This document shows, one piece after another, positions 54,002-62,915 of a stretch of 64,000 bases of DNA. A program made the position numbers and the translations under genes. Origin of the DNA: an uncultured Candidatus Micrarchaeota archaeon (GTDB lineage: Archaea > Micrarchaeota > Micrarchaeia > Anstonellales > Bilamarchaeaceae); contig CAWDQD010000007.1 of assembly GCA_963804385.1 (NCBI GenBank), positions 100-64,099 on the forward strand. Direction: 5' to 3'. Below the pieces are notes generated by a model. That model worked only from the letters and a program-made list of their open reading frames with translations. It made no database searches and was not told the DNA's origin. Numbering within the stretch: the first letter of the stretch is position 1; the number at the start of each line of letters is the position of its first letter.

Positions 54002-55046
54002 GAGCTGATTCCTCATCTAGGATTTTTATTAGTTCCCTTCCCGTATCATTCAATGAATAAAAATTGAAATATGGTGCTGCATAGCCGTCAACGTGTTGTC
54101 GTTTTAATGTCACCAAGCCAAGGGTGGTGTCTTTAATCATTGCGTCTCGGACCGCCCAATGGGACCTTCGAGTCATTTTCACAAGATCATTTATCCTGCA
54201 CTCGCCTCTTGTTAATGCAGTCCAATATCTGATGTGGCTTCGAGGATACTCCTTTCTCTTATAGCAGTTAATCAGTTTTTTCCATTGCCTATTAGACGAC
54301 TTGAAATGCCCATCAAGTATGAGCCTGGTCATCAAATGCACTCCTCTTACTCCAATTTCGTTGGCCCCCTTGCTCTTTCTAACAGGCGCCGAATAACCAT
54401 ATACTCTTCTGAAGCAATCGACCAAATAATCTTTCATGACATTGTCCTTCACTGTAATTACAATGCCATGGAGGCAACCATTTCTCTGTATTACCGAACC
54501 ATCACCTACTTCGTATCCATCCAAAAAGGCCAAGATAAGTTCATTATCCTCACTTATTTTCACGAGCGCCTTTTTAGCAAGGAGATTAAAAAAAGCTGAA
54601 AATAACGTACTATTTACCCTAAGTTCGATATTATCGCTTCGTGCGAGACTAGCGAAATTAACAACAACCCAATCCACCCCTAACTGTTCAACCCATCTTT
54701 TTTTTACTTCAACACAATCTCTATTTGAAGTTTTAACATACGCTTTCCATCTATTGTGATTAATTTGGAGACTTTTGCTAATAATAGATTTAAACTTCAA
54801 AACTAAATCCTTCTCGCAATTAGAGATTCCGATACCACTATATGTCTTGCTTCCTTCCGCAGAATAAAAACCTATAGCCCAAGCCAAGTCTCTATCAACT
54901 GAAATAGTGCGGGGCAATGTTAACATTGACCGTTTTGAAATCCCACGTATCCTTATTGTCTGCTTATCTTTGAAAATAACCGCCCCAATTTCTGCAAATT
55001 CTTCACTATCGATAATCGGCCAAGCTTTCATAACTTCCGTCATCAT
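53994..55046 (-). CDS. LAGLIDADG-type homing endonuclease-like protein with C-terminal winged-helix region
   Basis: Two dodecapeptide-like motifs, LAWAIGFYSAEGSK and ILAFLDGYEVGDGSV. The gene is visibly AT-richer than its neighbours. Its stop overlaps the ATG of the COG2403 gene. Confidence 0.65.
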   Translation of the reverse strand: MMTEVMKAWPIIDSEEFAEIGAVIFKDKQTIRIRGISKRSMLTLPRTISVDRDLAWAIGFYSAEGSKTYSGIGISNCEKDLVLKFKSIISKSLQINHNRWKAYVKTSNRDCVEVKKRWVEQLGVDWVVVNFASLARSDNIELRVNSTLFSAFFNLLAKKALVKISEDNELILAFLDGYEVGDGSVIQRNGCLHGIVITVKDNVMKDYLVDCFRRVYGYSAPVRKSKGANEIGVRGVHLMTRLILDGHFKSSNRQWKKLINCYKRKEYPRSHIRYWTALTRGECRINDLVKMTRRSHWAVRDAMIKDTTLGLVTLKRQHVDGYAAPYFNFYSLNDTGRELIKILDEESAHG

Positions 55047-55227
55047 CCATCCCGCATTGAAAAACAGTTTTTCCTTAATAAACGCTTTCCGGGTTCATTT
55101 CCGCAGTACCACGACGCAACGGAAATATTCGGTATTATCATCCAACGGCTTAAGCCGTGTCTCTTTCGCTCGTCTTAAGCTGGGTCCCCGCATGAATCAA
55201 TTAAATATTAAACTGTAAAACTCCGCT

Positions 55228-56073
55228 ATGCGCATAGTTGTGGCACTCGGAGGCAACGCTCTTCTCAAGAAGGGCGCCACTGCGAAGGAGCAGCGCTCGT
55301 CAGCCAAGGCCGCGCTCGACCATCTCGCATCGGTGCTCGATTCTCACGAGGTCGCGCTCACGCACGGCAACGGCCCGCAGGTCGGCTCGCTACTCCTGCA
55401 GCAGCACGCGACCAGGAAAGTCCCGGAGATGCCTCTCGACGTGCTCGATGCCATGACGCAAGGCGAGATAGGGTATTTCATCCAGAGCTCGCTTCCGAGG
55501 AAATCCGCTGTTCTTTTGACCCGAGCTCTAGTGGATGAGAAAGATCCCGCATTCAGGAATCCTACCAAACCGATCGGCCCTTTCTATAAGGAGAAGCACT
55601 CGGGAATGCGCATGGATTCTGGAAGGGGATACAGGTTGGTCGTTCCATCTCCGGAGCCATTAGCCATACTGGAAAAAGATGCTATACTTTCGCTCATGCG
55701 TTCCGGTTTCGTCGTGATATGCGGAGGCGGAGGGGGCATCCCGGTCTCAAAAACAGGCAAGGGCGTGGAAGCGGTGATAGACAAGGACCGGTTCTCTTCT
55801 CTCCTGGCATCTTCGGTCCGCGCGGACATCATCATCTTCATAACTTCCGTGGACGAGGTCTACTCCGATTTCGGCAAGAGATCGCAGAAGGCCATACGGA
55901 AGATGTACGCTGACGAGCGTACTCGTTTCGCGGAAGGCAGCATGGGGCCCAAAGTCGAATCCGCGATACGGTTCCTGAAGAAAGGCGGCAAGAAGGCGAT
56001 CATCTGCTCGATAGACAACGTCCAGGCCGCGCTCAAAGGCAAGGCAGGCACCACCATCATAAATCGACGATGA
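55228..56073 (+). CDS. arcC: carbamate kinase
   Basis: MRIVVALGGNALLKKG...VALTHGNGPQVG... is typical of the carbamate kinase N-terminus. At 281 aa it is slightly short for the family. Confidence 0.8.
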   Translation: MRIVVALGGNALLKKGATAKEQRSSAKAALDHLASVLDSHEVALTHGNGPQVGSLLLQQHATRKVPEMPLDVLDAMTQGEIGYFIQSSLPRKSAVLLTRALVDEKDPAFRNPTKPIGPFYKEKHSGMRMDSGRGYRLVVPSPEPLAILEKDAILSLMRSGFVVICGGGGGIPVSKTGKGVEAVIDKDRFSSLLASSVRADIIIFITSVDEVYSDFGKRSQKAIRKMYADERTRFAEGSMGPKVESAIRFLKKGGKKAIICSIDNVQAALKGKAGTTIINRR

Positions 56074-56485
56074 AGAACGCCTTCCAGACATTGCTCTTCT
56101 CTACCTTGAACATGTGCCAGCTCACGGCTTTCGCATCAATTAAGAGGGTCTGCTTCGTGGGGTCCAGATGGTCCCCGAGCATGGTCGCCGTGAGTTTCAT
56201 GCCCTTTTCCGCCTTCTCTATCTTCAGCTTGTATTCCCTGAATAGCAGGAGCTCCGCGTCTTTGAGGTACAGCAGCTCCTGGAGGAAATCATGCAGAAGG
56301 AACTCCGCGTCTTTCGCTTCGAGGGTGAATCTCTTCTCCGCATTCACGCCCAGCTCCTTCGGGTCCTTGATCATCGTGCTCGTGAGGGCCTCGCCGCAGC
56401 TGGCGAAAAGCTCCTCGAGCGTCTTTCCCGAAGCTTCGAAGGCGACATCCGCCATCGCGAAGCCTTCGACGGATTTGTAAGGCAT
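56057..56485 (-). CDS. archease (RtcB activator)
   Basis: FAMADVAFEASGKTLEELFASCGEALTSTMI plus the C-terminal KAVSWHMFKVEK match the archease pattern. Confidence 0.8.
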   Translation of the reverse strand: MPYKSVEGFAMADVAFEASGKTLEELFASCGEALTSTMIKDPKELGVNAEKRFTLEAKDAEFLLHDFLQELLYLKDAELLLFREYKLKIEKAEKGMKLTATMLGDHLDPTKQTLLIDAKAVSWHMFKVEKSNVWKAFFIVDL

Positions 56486-56511
56486 ATGGAATCAGTTTAT
56501 CTCATATAACA

Positions 56512-57375
56512 TTAAATGGTTCTCAATCTCTCGAGCGCCTGCCTTATGGCCTTCTCGTGCTTCTCATCCCCGATGAACACCAGCTCTGTCATCTGGCATC
56601 CCATGGGCTCCATCGTGTGCCTTCCAGAGACATAGCTCATGAAGAAATCCCCCTTATCCGTTTTCACGAAGCCCTTGGCCCGGATTATGTCGTTCGGGAG
56701 AGTGTCCAGCAATGCCATGAACTTCTCATAGTCCACGCTTCCGCAGGTGAAATCGAAATACCCTGGATTGTGGGATTCGTGCGACGTCTCCCGGATGACC
56801 CGGTCATTTCGTTTCAACCCGAATATCCTATCCATCCCGATATCGCAACGCTCGACCGCCATTATCTCCGCGCGCGGATTCAGCTTCATCAGGCCTATCT
56901 CTATATCGTTTATCTCAGGGACCAGATCCTTCTTGTTCAGGAGTATCAAATCAGCGAGCTCGATCTGTTCCATCCCGGTGTGGCCGATGTTCGGCGATTT
57001 GAGTAGCGCGTCCGCATCGACTATCGTGATGACCGCGTCCAGGCTGACCGATTCCATACGTGCGATGTCGCGCGCTATTTCGGAAGGTTCCGCCAGGCCC
57101 GTAGTCTCGATGACTATTGCATCCGGCTTGGACATGGAGATCAGCTCGTTTATGGCTGCCATGAGCTCCCCTGACAATGAGCAGCAGATGCACCCGCCGG
57201 TCAGCTCAATCACCTTCACGCTCTTCCCTTCGAGCACCCTGCCGTCTATGCCTATCCTGCCGAACTCGTTCATTAGCACCGCTATTTTTTTCCCGGAGTC
57301 GGATATGATCCTGCGGAGGAGCGTGGTCTTCCCGGCACCAAGATAACCGGTCACGAGTATAACATGAGTCTTCAT
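56512..57375 (-). CDS. CobW/COG0523-family GTPase metallochaperone
   Basis: Walker A GYLGAGKTTLL and the GCICCS metal motif. Confidence 0.8.
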   Translation of the reverse strand: MKTHVILVTGYLGAGKTTLLRRIISDSGKKIAVLMNEFGRIGIDGRVLEGKSVKVIELTGGCICCSLSGELMAAINELISMSKPDAIVIETTGLAEPSEIARDIARMESVSLDAVITIVDADALLKSPNIGHTGMEQIELADLILLNKKDLVPEINDIEIGLMKLNPRAEIMAVERCDIGMDRIFGLKRNDRVIRETSHESHNPGYFDFTCGSVDYEKFMALLDTLPNDIIRAKGFVKTDKGDFFMSYVSGRHTMEPMGCQMTELVFIGDEKHEKAIRQALERLRTI

Positions 57376-57380
57376 AACGA

Positions 57381-58463
57381 TCAGAAGAATGAGTCTATAT
57401 CTCTCCTTTCGAACCTTTCCGCAAGGATCCCTATCGCCTTCTTCTCTATCTGCTCGACCCTCTGCTTGCTGAACCCCAAAACAGCTCCCGCCTCTTCATA
57501 CGTGCGTTCGTGCCGGATATCCAAGCCGAACCGCACCTCCAGGACCCTGGCATAATGAGCATAGATCGCCGGGAGCTTGGACAGCACGTGCCTCACGACG
57601 CTCTTCCTGACGGAATCCTCTTCGATCGATCTGGCTTGCTCGGTATCCGGAGGCACGTCGTTCTTTTTCGCCTTGCCTTTCTTCTCATCCGCATCCAAGG
57701 ACGTTCTCGCGATTTTCCGGATGCCGTATTTCTTGACCCTGGCGAGGAGGATATTAGCGCCTTTGGCTATCTGCCTGTCTGTGGGGTCTTTCCCATTCTT
57801 CGTCACGAAATTGTTAGTGAACGCGATGGCCCTCACGGTCTCATAATCCAGGAGCCTCGAAGTCTTGACATCCGTCACCCATTTGTTCGCCTCATCGATC
57901 ATATAGCGTCTTACCCACGCTTTGGCGTATGTCATGAACCTGTTTCCGAGCTCTGGCCTGAATTTCCTTATGGCATCCCTGAGGATAGCTTCATTACCGA
58001 CGCTTACCAAGTCCTCTATCCCGATCCTCGTCGCACCCGCCTTTTTCGCGAGGACCTGCATCGCTATCTTATAGACCATGCCCTGGTTGGCTTGGACGAT
58101 GGCTTCATCGGCGAGCTTCACCACCTGCTCTTTCTCCGAGATCTTCTTCTCCACTATCACAACATCGCCGTTGACCGCTTCTGCGAGCTCGGCCTTCAAT
58201 CCAGCGATCTCTTCCTTGGCGCTCTTGCGGATACCGAATACCCACCGCTCTTCCTGCCTGCTGATGGTGGGGGTGTCTTTCCTTGTGATCCTGCTTTTTT
58301 CCACCCTTTCTCCGAGGGATCGGACCATCTCCTTCAGCTTCTGGATATCAGCCGCGCTGACCGGCTGCTTCATTATGCTCTCGGCCAGAACAGGATTGGA
58401 CCTCTTCTTGGGTTTTTCCCAGCTTGGCTTGAGCTGATGGTTTTTGGCTAAAGCTGATTGCAT
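57381..58463 (-). CDS. bacterial-type sigma-70 family protein, paralogue 1
   Basis: Region 2: [41 protein letters not shown] (E. coli RpoD: [39 protein letters not shown]). Region 4: [43 protein letters not shown]. Confidence 0.8.
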   Translation of the reverse strand: [360 protein letters not shown]

Positions 58464-58486
58464 ATCCTCCGATTTGATTAGTTTTG

Positions 58487-58494
58487 TTTATAAA
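58487..58494 (-). promoter_or_regulatory. TATA box TTTATAAA upstream of sigma paralogue 1
   Basis: 24-31 nt upstream of the ATG (58463). Embedded in a roughly 50-nt block conserved with 59534-59584. GGAGG lies 3-7 nt upstream of the ATG. Confidence 0.6.
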
Positions 58495-58510
58495 TAGTCA
58501 ATTTCGTGGT

Positions 58511-59536
58511 TCATTCGTATGAACGGATGCCTGCTCTCTTGAGCGCCTTGGTCAGATTCTTCTTCGCTCGCGTCTCTATCTGGCCGATGTTCCCCCTCGT
58601 GCATCCTTTCATATCTGCCAATTCCTGCATGGTGTAGCCCATCACGTGCCTCAATACAAGGATCTTAGCATGTTCTGGAAGGATGGTGGATAAGCAGCGT
58701 TGGACCTGGCAATCCTGGAACATCCTGGCTTCCAGCGAAACCCCATTGCCGGCTACCTTCTCATGCATTCCGACGTCATTATTCGTATCCAGGCTCAATG
58801 CTATCCCTTTTCTTATGTCATATTTCCCTACTCTGGATAGCTTCACTTTGGCTCCGGCCGATATCTCCATCTCGCTGGGCTCCGTGCCGTTAGCTTCGCG
58901 GTAGCTGGCGGCGTATGCCGATACCCTATGCTGCTCATCCATGACATACCTCGGCACTTTCAAGTCGCTTCTATGGGCATCTGCTTCGGTCACCATATCT
59001 CTCCTGACCCATGACGCGGCATACGTCATGTACCTGCCCCTTTTCCAATCGAACCTGTCCATCGTATACTTGATCATCGATTCGGTGCCGACCGACACCA
59101 GGTCCTCATGGGAGCTCTTGCTGGTTCTTCTCTTGGACAGCACTTCCCTCGCGATCATATGGAGCATGCCTTGGTTGGCGCACACGATGGCGTCGGTAGC
59201 GAGCCCTATCGTCTCCTCTTTGAGTTCTATCTCCTCATTCAATCTCCTGATAGCCGCAGTCCTCTTCCAAGGGGTCGCTTCGAGTGTTTTCCTCAATTCC
59301 CGGAGCTCTTTCACGGCGGCGCCGCGGGCCTTGAAAACCCATCGCTCCTCATCCCTGCTCAGAGTGGGGTTATTGCTTCTGGCTTTCATGCTGATGACGA
59401 GTTTCGCGCTGAGCGTCCGGTTGATGTCTCTAAGCTTATCTACGTCCGCCTTCTGTATGCCCTCATGCATGACCGTGAGCTTCGGCTTTCTCGCGCTTGG
59501 CCTTGGCTGGGCAATCTTCGCTACAGCTAGCTGCAT
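58511..59536 (-). CDS. bacterial-type sigma-70 family protein, paralogue 2
   Basis: Region 2: DLVSVGTESMIKYTMDRFDWKRGRYMTYAASWVRRDMVTE. Region 4: AKILVLRHVMGYTMQELADMKGCTRGNIGQIETRAKKNL. Region 1.2-like: LSRDEERWVF. Confidence 0.8.
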   Translation of the reverse strand: MQLAVAKIAQPRPSARKPKLTVMHEGIQKADVDKLRDINRTLSAKLVISMKARSNNPTLSRDEERWVFKARGAAVKELRELRKTLEATPWKRTAAIRRLNEEIELKEETIGLATDAIVCANQGMLHMIAREVLSKRRTSKSSHEDLVSVGTESMIKYTMDRFDWKRGRYMTYAASWVRRDMVTEADAHRSDLKVPRYVMDEQHRVSAYAASYREANGTEPSEMEISAGAKVKLSRVGKYDIRKGIALSLDTNNDVGMHEKVAGNGVSLEARMFQDCQVQRCLSTILPEHAKILVLRHVMGYTMQELADMKGCTRGNIGQIETRAKKNLTKALKRAGIRSYE

Positions 59537-59559
59537 ATTCTGGGATTTGGCTAGTTTTG

Positions 59560-59567
59560 TTTATAAA
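59560..59567 (-). promoter_or_regulatory. TATA box TTTATAAA upstream of sigma paralogue 2
   Basis: Same 24-nt spacing to the ATG (59536) as at paralogue 1. Confidence 0.6.
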
Positions 59568-59584
59568 TAGTTATATTTCGTGGT

Positions 59585-61064
59585 CTAGCCCTTCACGTTC
59601 CCGATCGGCACCAGCTTCACTACCTTGTGCGAGATGCCTGCGTTGTGCGCGGTCTCTATCACGGAGTCGATGTCCTTGTACGCTCCGCCCGCCTCTTCTG
59701 CGAGCCCTGCGAGCGAAGTGGTCTTAACATAGATGCCCCGTCCTTCCATGTCCTTCTGGAGCTGGTCCCCGCGGTATAGCTGCTTCGCCCTTGTCCTGCT
59801 CATCGTTCTGCCGGATCCGTGCGCTGTGGTATACCACGTCTGCGCTGCGGTTTCGACTCCTGCGAGAAGCCAGGATCCCGTCTCCATGCTTCCGCCGATG
59901 ATTATCGGCTGGCCGTCCTCGCGGTATTTCGGTGTGACATATTCCGAGCCCGGCCCGAACGCGGCCGTCGCTCCTTTCCTGTGCACTATGAGCTCTTTCA
60001 TGGAGCCGTCCACCTTGTGCTTCTCCACCGAAGCGCGGTTGTGAGCGACATCATATACCTGGTGCATGCCCAGGTTCTCCGCATCCGTCGCGAACACCGA
60101 GGAGAATACCTCGCGCACGCGATGAAGGATCGTCTGGCGGTTGGCGAAAGCTCATATTCATCGCGCATTTCATGGCAGAGAAATAATCCTGCCCCTCCTT
60201 CGAGCTGAAAGGAGCGCTCGCGAGTTCGCGGTCGAGTATCTTGATATTGTATTTGCTCTCCATGACCTCGAGGAAAAGGCTTAGATAATCCGTAGCGACC
60301 TGGTGGCCGAAGCCGCGACTGCCGCAGTGGAACATGATCGACTATCTGGTCAGGGAATATGCCCCACTTCTTGGCTAGCGCCTTGTCTATTATGTTCTCT
60401 TCCTTCACGTGTTGTATTTCCAGGTAATGGTTCCCGCTTCCTAAAGTCCCTATCTGATCTTTCCCACGCTCCACAGCCCTGATGGCTAACAGTATTATTG
60501 TCAGCAGTCCTTCTCCCTTCCCCCGAGTTCCGTGCTCGCGAGGTCCTCGTCCCATCCGTAGCCGTTCGCGATGCACCATTCCGAGCCCTCCTCGACTACC
60601 TTCCTGAACAAGGGCGCGTCCAGGTGCACGAAGCCCCTGCTGCCGACTCCAGCCGGAACTTTCTTGAATAAAGCATCCACAATTCGTGGAGTTTCGGTTT
60701 CACATCGTTGTAAGTCAAATCCGTTCTTATCAACTTCATGCCACAATTGATGTCATACCCTATCCCGCCAGGGGATATGACACCGTCGTTAGCTATGTCC
60801 ATCGCCGCGACCCCTCCTATGGGGAATCCGTAGCCGCTGTGCCCGTCAGGCATGCAGAACGCGTAGTTCACTATCCCGGGCAGCGTGGCGACGTTCGTGA
60901 TTTGCTCAAAAACATGGAGGTCCATCGAATCCAGTATGTCCTTGCTCGCGTATATCCTCGCGGGGACCCGCATCCCAGGCTTGAAATCCCTTGCTTATCT
61001 CCCAGATATAATCGGAAATCTTCGTGAACTCTGGCTTCTTGAATTCGTTTCTCTGGAAATCCAT
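59585..61064 (-). pseudogene. rtcB: RNA 3'-phosphate ligase RtcB, split over six reading-frame segments
   Basis: Segments in order: MDFQRNEF..ISKGF (ORF 60906..61106), MRVPARIY..CMPDGHSGYGFPIGGV..DVKPKL (60596..60973), ALFKKVPAGVGSRG.. (60501..60746), GTLGSGNHYLEIQ (59998..60579), [18 protein letters not shown] (60051..60335), [23 protein letters not shown] (59585..60118). Confidence 0.8.
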
Positions 61065-61137
61065 CAATGACACCTGCAGAATTTGTAGATAAATATACGA
61101 ACGCAAGTTAAATTAAGGTTGGTGGGCAAACTAGTAC

Positions 61138-61938
61138 GTGGTCAGCATGTCTAGCAAGGGCGAAGGATCGGATTTCATCTCACAGGCGCGTACTTTGGCG
61201 GCAGGGACAAGGGAGCCTTACATCGCATGGTCATACCTCAAGCGGTGGTCGAGCGGCAAGGGGCCTCTCGCCATGAAGGCTGCCATGATGGGCTTCCTCG
61301 AGCAGCACGGCTCCAAGCCTGAAGCCGCGGCCATACTTCCGGAGATAATCCGGAACGCCGCGATGCTCCCTCCGTCCGAGCGCAACAGCATAACGGAATT
61401 CACCAACCAGTCGTTCTCATCGATCGCAGGATTCAGCCGGCCGGGGCAGGTCGCTCCCGGATTCGGCCCCAACAAGCAGCAAAAGCCGCAGTTCTCGGTC
61501 CTGAAGCTCAAGCAGGCGGCACCTCTCACAGGCGCGAACGGGCGCTTCGAGATGGACCATTTCGCATCCATGCGGAACGAGGTGCTTAGGGTGAACGAAT
61601 CGGTCATACAAGCCGGCAAGCTCCCTCCGCCGAAGAACGCGGAGGTCCATAACATCAACCGCGAGAGCTTCAAGCCTGTCCTGGGCGCGCAGAAGAGCCA
61701 CGCGATTCTATCTTCGTTAATAGACCGCGTCCGCTCGCACGGGATGAACGAATCCGTCCATACATTCAAGGCGAAACCCGCGAAACGATCCAAATCCAGG
61801 GCCAAGGCGAGGCCGAAGGCCAGGGTGAAGGCCAAGCCGAAGGCTAAAAAGAGGGCCATGGCAAGGGTAAAAGCCAGGAAAACCGCTGCCAAGGCAAGGA
61901 AAAGGCCGATCCGCAAGACGAAAAAGAGGTCGAGATGA
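61138..61938 (+). CDS. hypothetical protein with an extremely basic Lys/Arg/Ala-rich C-terminal tail
   Basis: 266-aa ORF (non-ATG start in the track). Tail: KAKPAKRSKSRAKARPKARVKAKPKAKKRAMARVKARKTAAKARKRPIRKTKKRSR. Confidence 0.5.
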   Translation: MVSMSSKGEGSDFISQARTLAAGTREPYIAWSYLKRWSSGKGPLAMKAAMMGFLEQHGSKPEAAAILPEIIRNAAMLPPSERNSITEFTNQSFSSIAGFSRPGQVAPGFGPNKQQKPQFSVLKLKQAAPLTGANGRFEMDHFASMRNEVLRVNESVIQAGKLPPPKNAEVHNINRESFKPVLGAQKSHAILSSLIDRVRSHGMNESVHTFKAKPAKRSKSRAKARPKARVKAKPKAKKRAMARVKARKTAAKARKRPIRKTKKRSR

Positions 61939-62813
61939 TTAGGGCGTCGTCTTTCTTGCTCTTCGCATTGGTCCTGCTGGTCCCTATCTCTTTCGCTGCG
62001 ATATCCGTCATGACCGTCTCCGGGCAGCTCGACCAGTCCGGGGTGGCGACGCTCATAATAGCATCCGAGCTTTCCGATTCCCAGGGGAAGCAGATATACC
62101 TGAACCTCTCGCATGACGTGGATTCGGTCGTGGTCAAGGACCGGAGCGGCCTCCAGCTCGGATCCACTGTGAAGCAAGTCGGGAATTACACCCTGATATA
62201 CGCTACAGTCCCGACGGATTACGTGGAATTCGACATCTCATCGGATTCATTCACCTCTAAAGTGGGCTCTGACTGGATGTTCGATCTGGGCATAAGCTCG
62301 TCCGAGGACGTGGGCGTGTTCAACGCCACCATCGCGTTCCCGGACGGGACGGCGCTCCGGAGCACCAACGGCATGGTCGAGAACGACGGCAATACGCTGA
62401 GCGTGACCTGGTCCGGCACGAATATGGGCCAGGGAGATAGGGCGCGCATCCAGGCCGGCTATTTCGTATCCCAGACCTCGGACAGCATGCTGCCTTTCCT
62501 AGTGCTCGGAGCCGTGGCCATCATCCTGCTGGCCGTGTTCTCATATACGCGCTCGCACAAGGAATCCCCTGCGGTCCCCAGCCCAGCGCTCGAGTCCAGC
62601 CTGTTCAAGACGCTAGACGAGACCGACAAGGAGATAATCCGCGAGATATCCGCGCAGAATGGCAGGACGACCCAAGCGCATCTCTTCCTGAACACGCATA
62701 TCCCCAAGGCGACTCTCTCGCGACGACTCGCTTCGTTGGAGAACCGGGGGCTGATAACCCGCTCCCAGAAAGGCAACCGCAACCTGGTGACTTTGGGCGG
62801 CGCTTTGAAGTAG
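61935..62813 (+). CDS. membrane-anchored winged-helix regulator (extracellular domain - TM - cytoplasmic wHTH)
   Basis: ATGA overlap with the upstream gene. N-terminal signal/TM, second TM MLPFLVLGAVAIILLAVF, C-terminal IIREISAQNGRTTQAHLFLNTHIPKATLSRRLASLENRGLITR. Confidence 0.6.
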   Translation: MIRASSFLLFALVLLVPISFAAISVMTVSGQLDQSGVATLIIASELSDSQGKQIYLNLSHDVDSVVVKDRSGLQLGSTVKQVGNYTLIYATVPTDYVEFDISSDSFTSKVGSDWMFDLGISSSEDVGVFNATIAFPDGTALRSTNGMVENDGNTLSVTWSGTNMGQGDRARIQAGYFVSQTSDSMLPFLVLGAVAIILLAVFSYTRSHKESPAVPSPALESSLFKTLDETDKEIIREISAQNGRTTQAHLFLNTHIPKATLSRRLASLENRGLITRSQKGNRNLVTLGGALK

Positions 62814-62915
62814 TCCCATGCTTCTCAGTCGATGATCGTTCCACTCGTTCCACGGAGAATATATATAGCGTTCCAAGTCCAAGCGATACACCTGCATCTG
62901 CGGGGGAGTGAAAAT

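Noticed and set aside
55047-55227. GGCTTAAGCC palindrome and repeated CTTAAG sites upstream of the LAGLIDADG gene as a possible homing or target site
   Set aside because: Short palindromes of this size occur by chance in AT-rich DNA. There is no second copy or flanking duplication to support an insertion boundary.
57510-58451. 313-aa plus-strand ORF
   Set aside because: It is antisense to sigma-70 paralogue 1, a shadow ORF.
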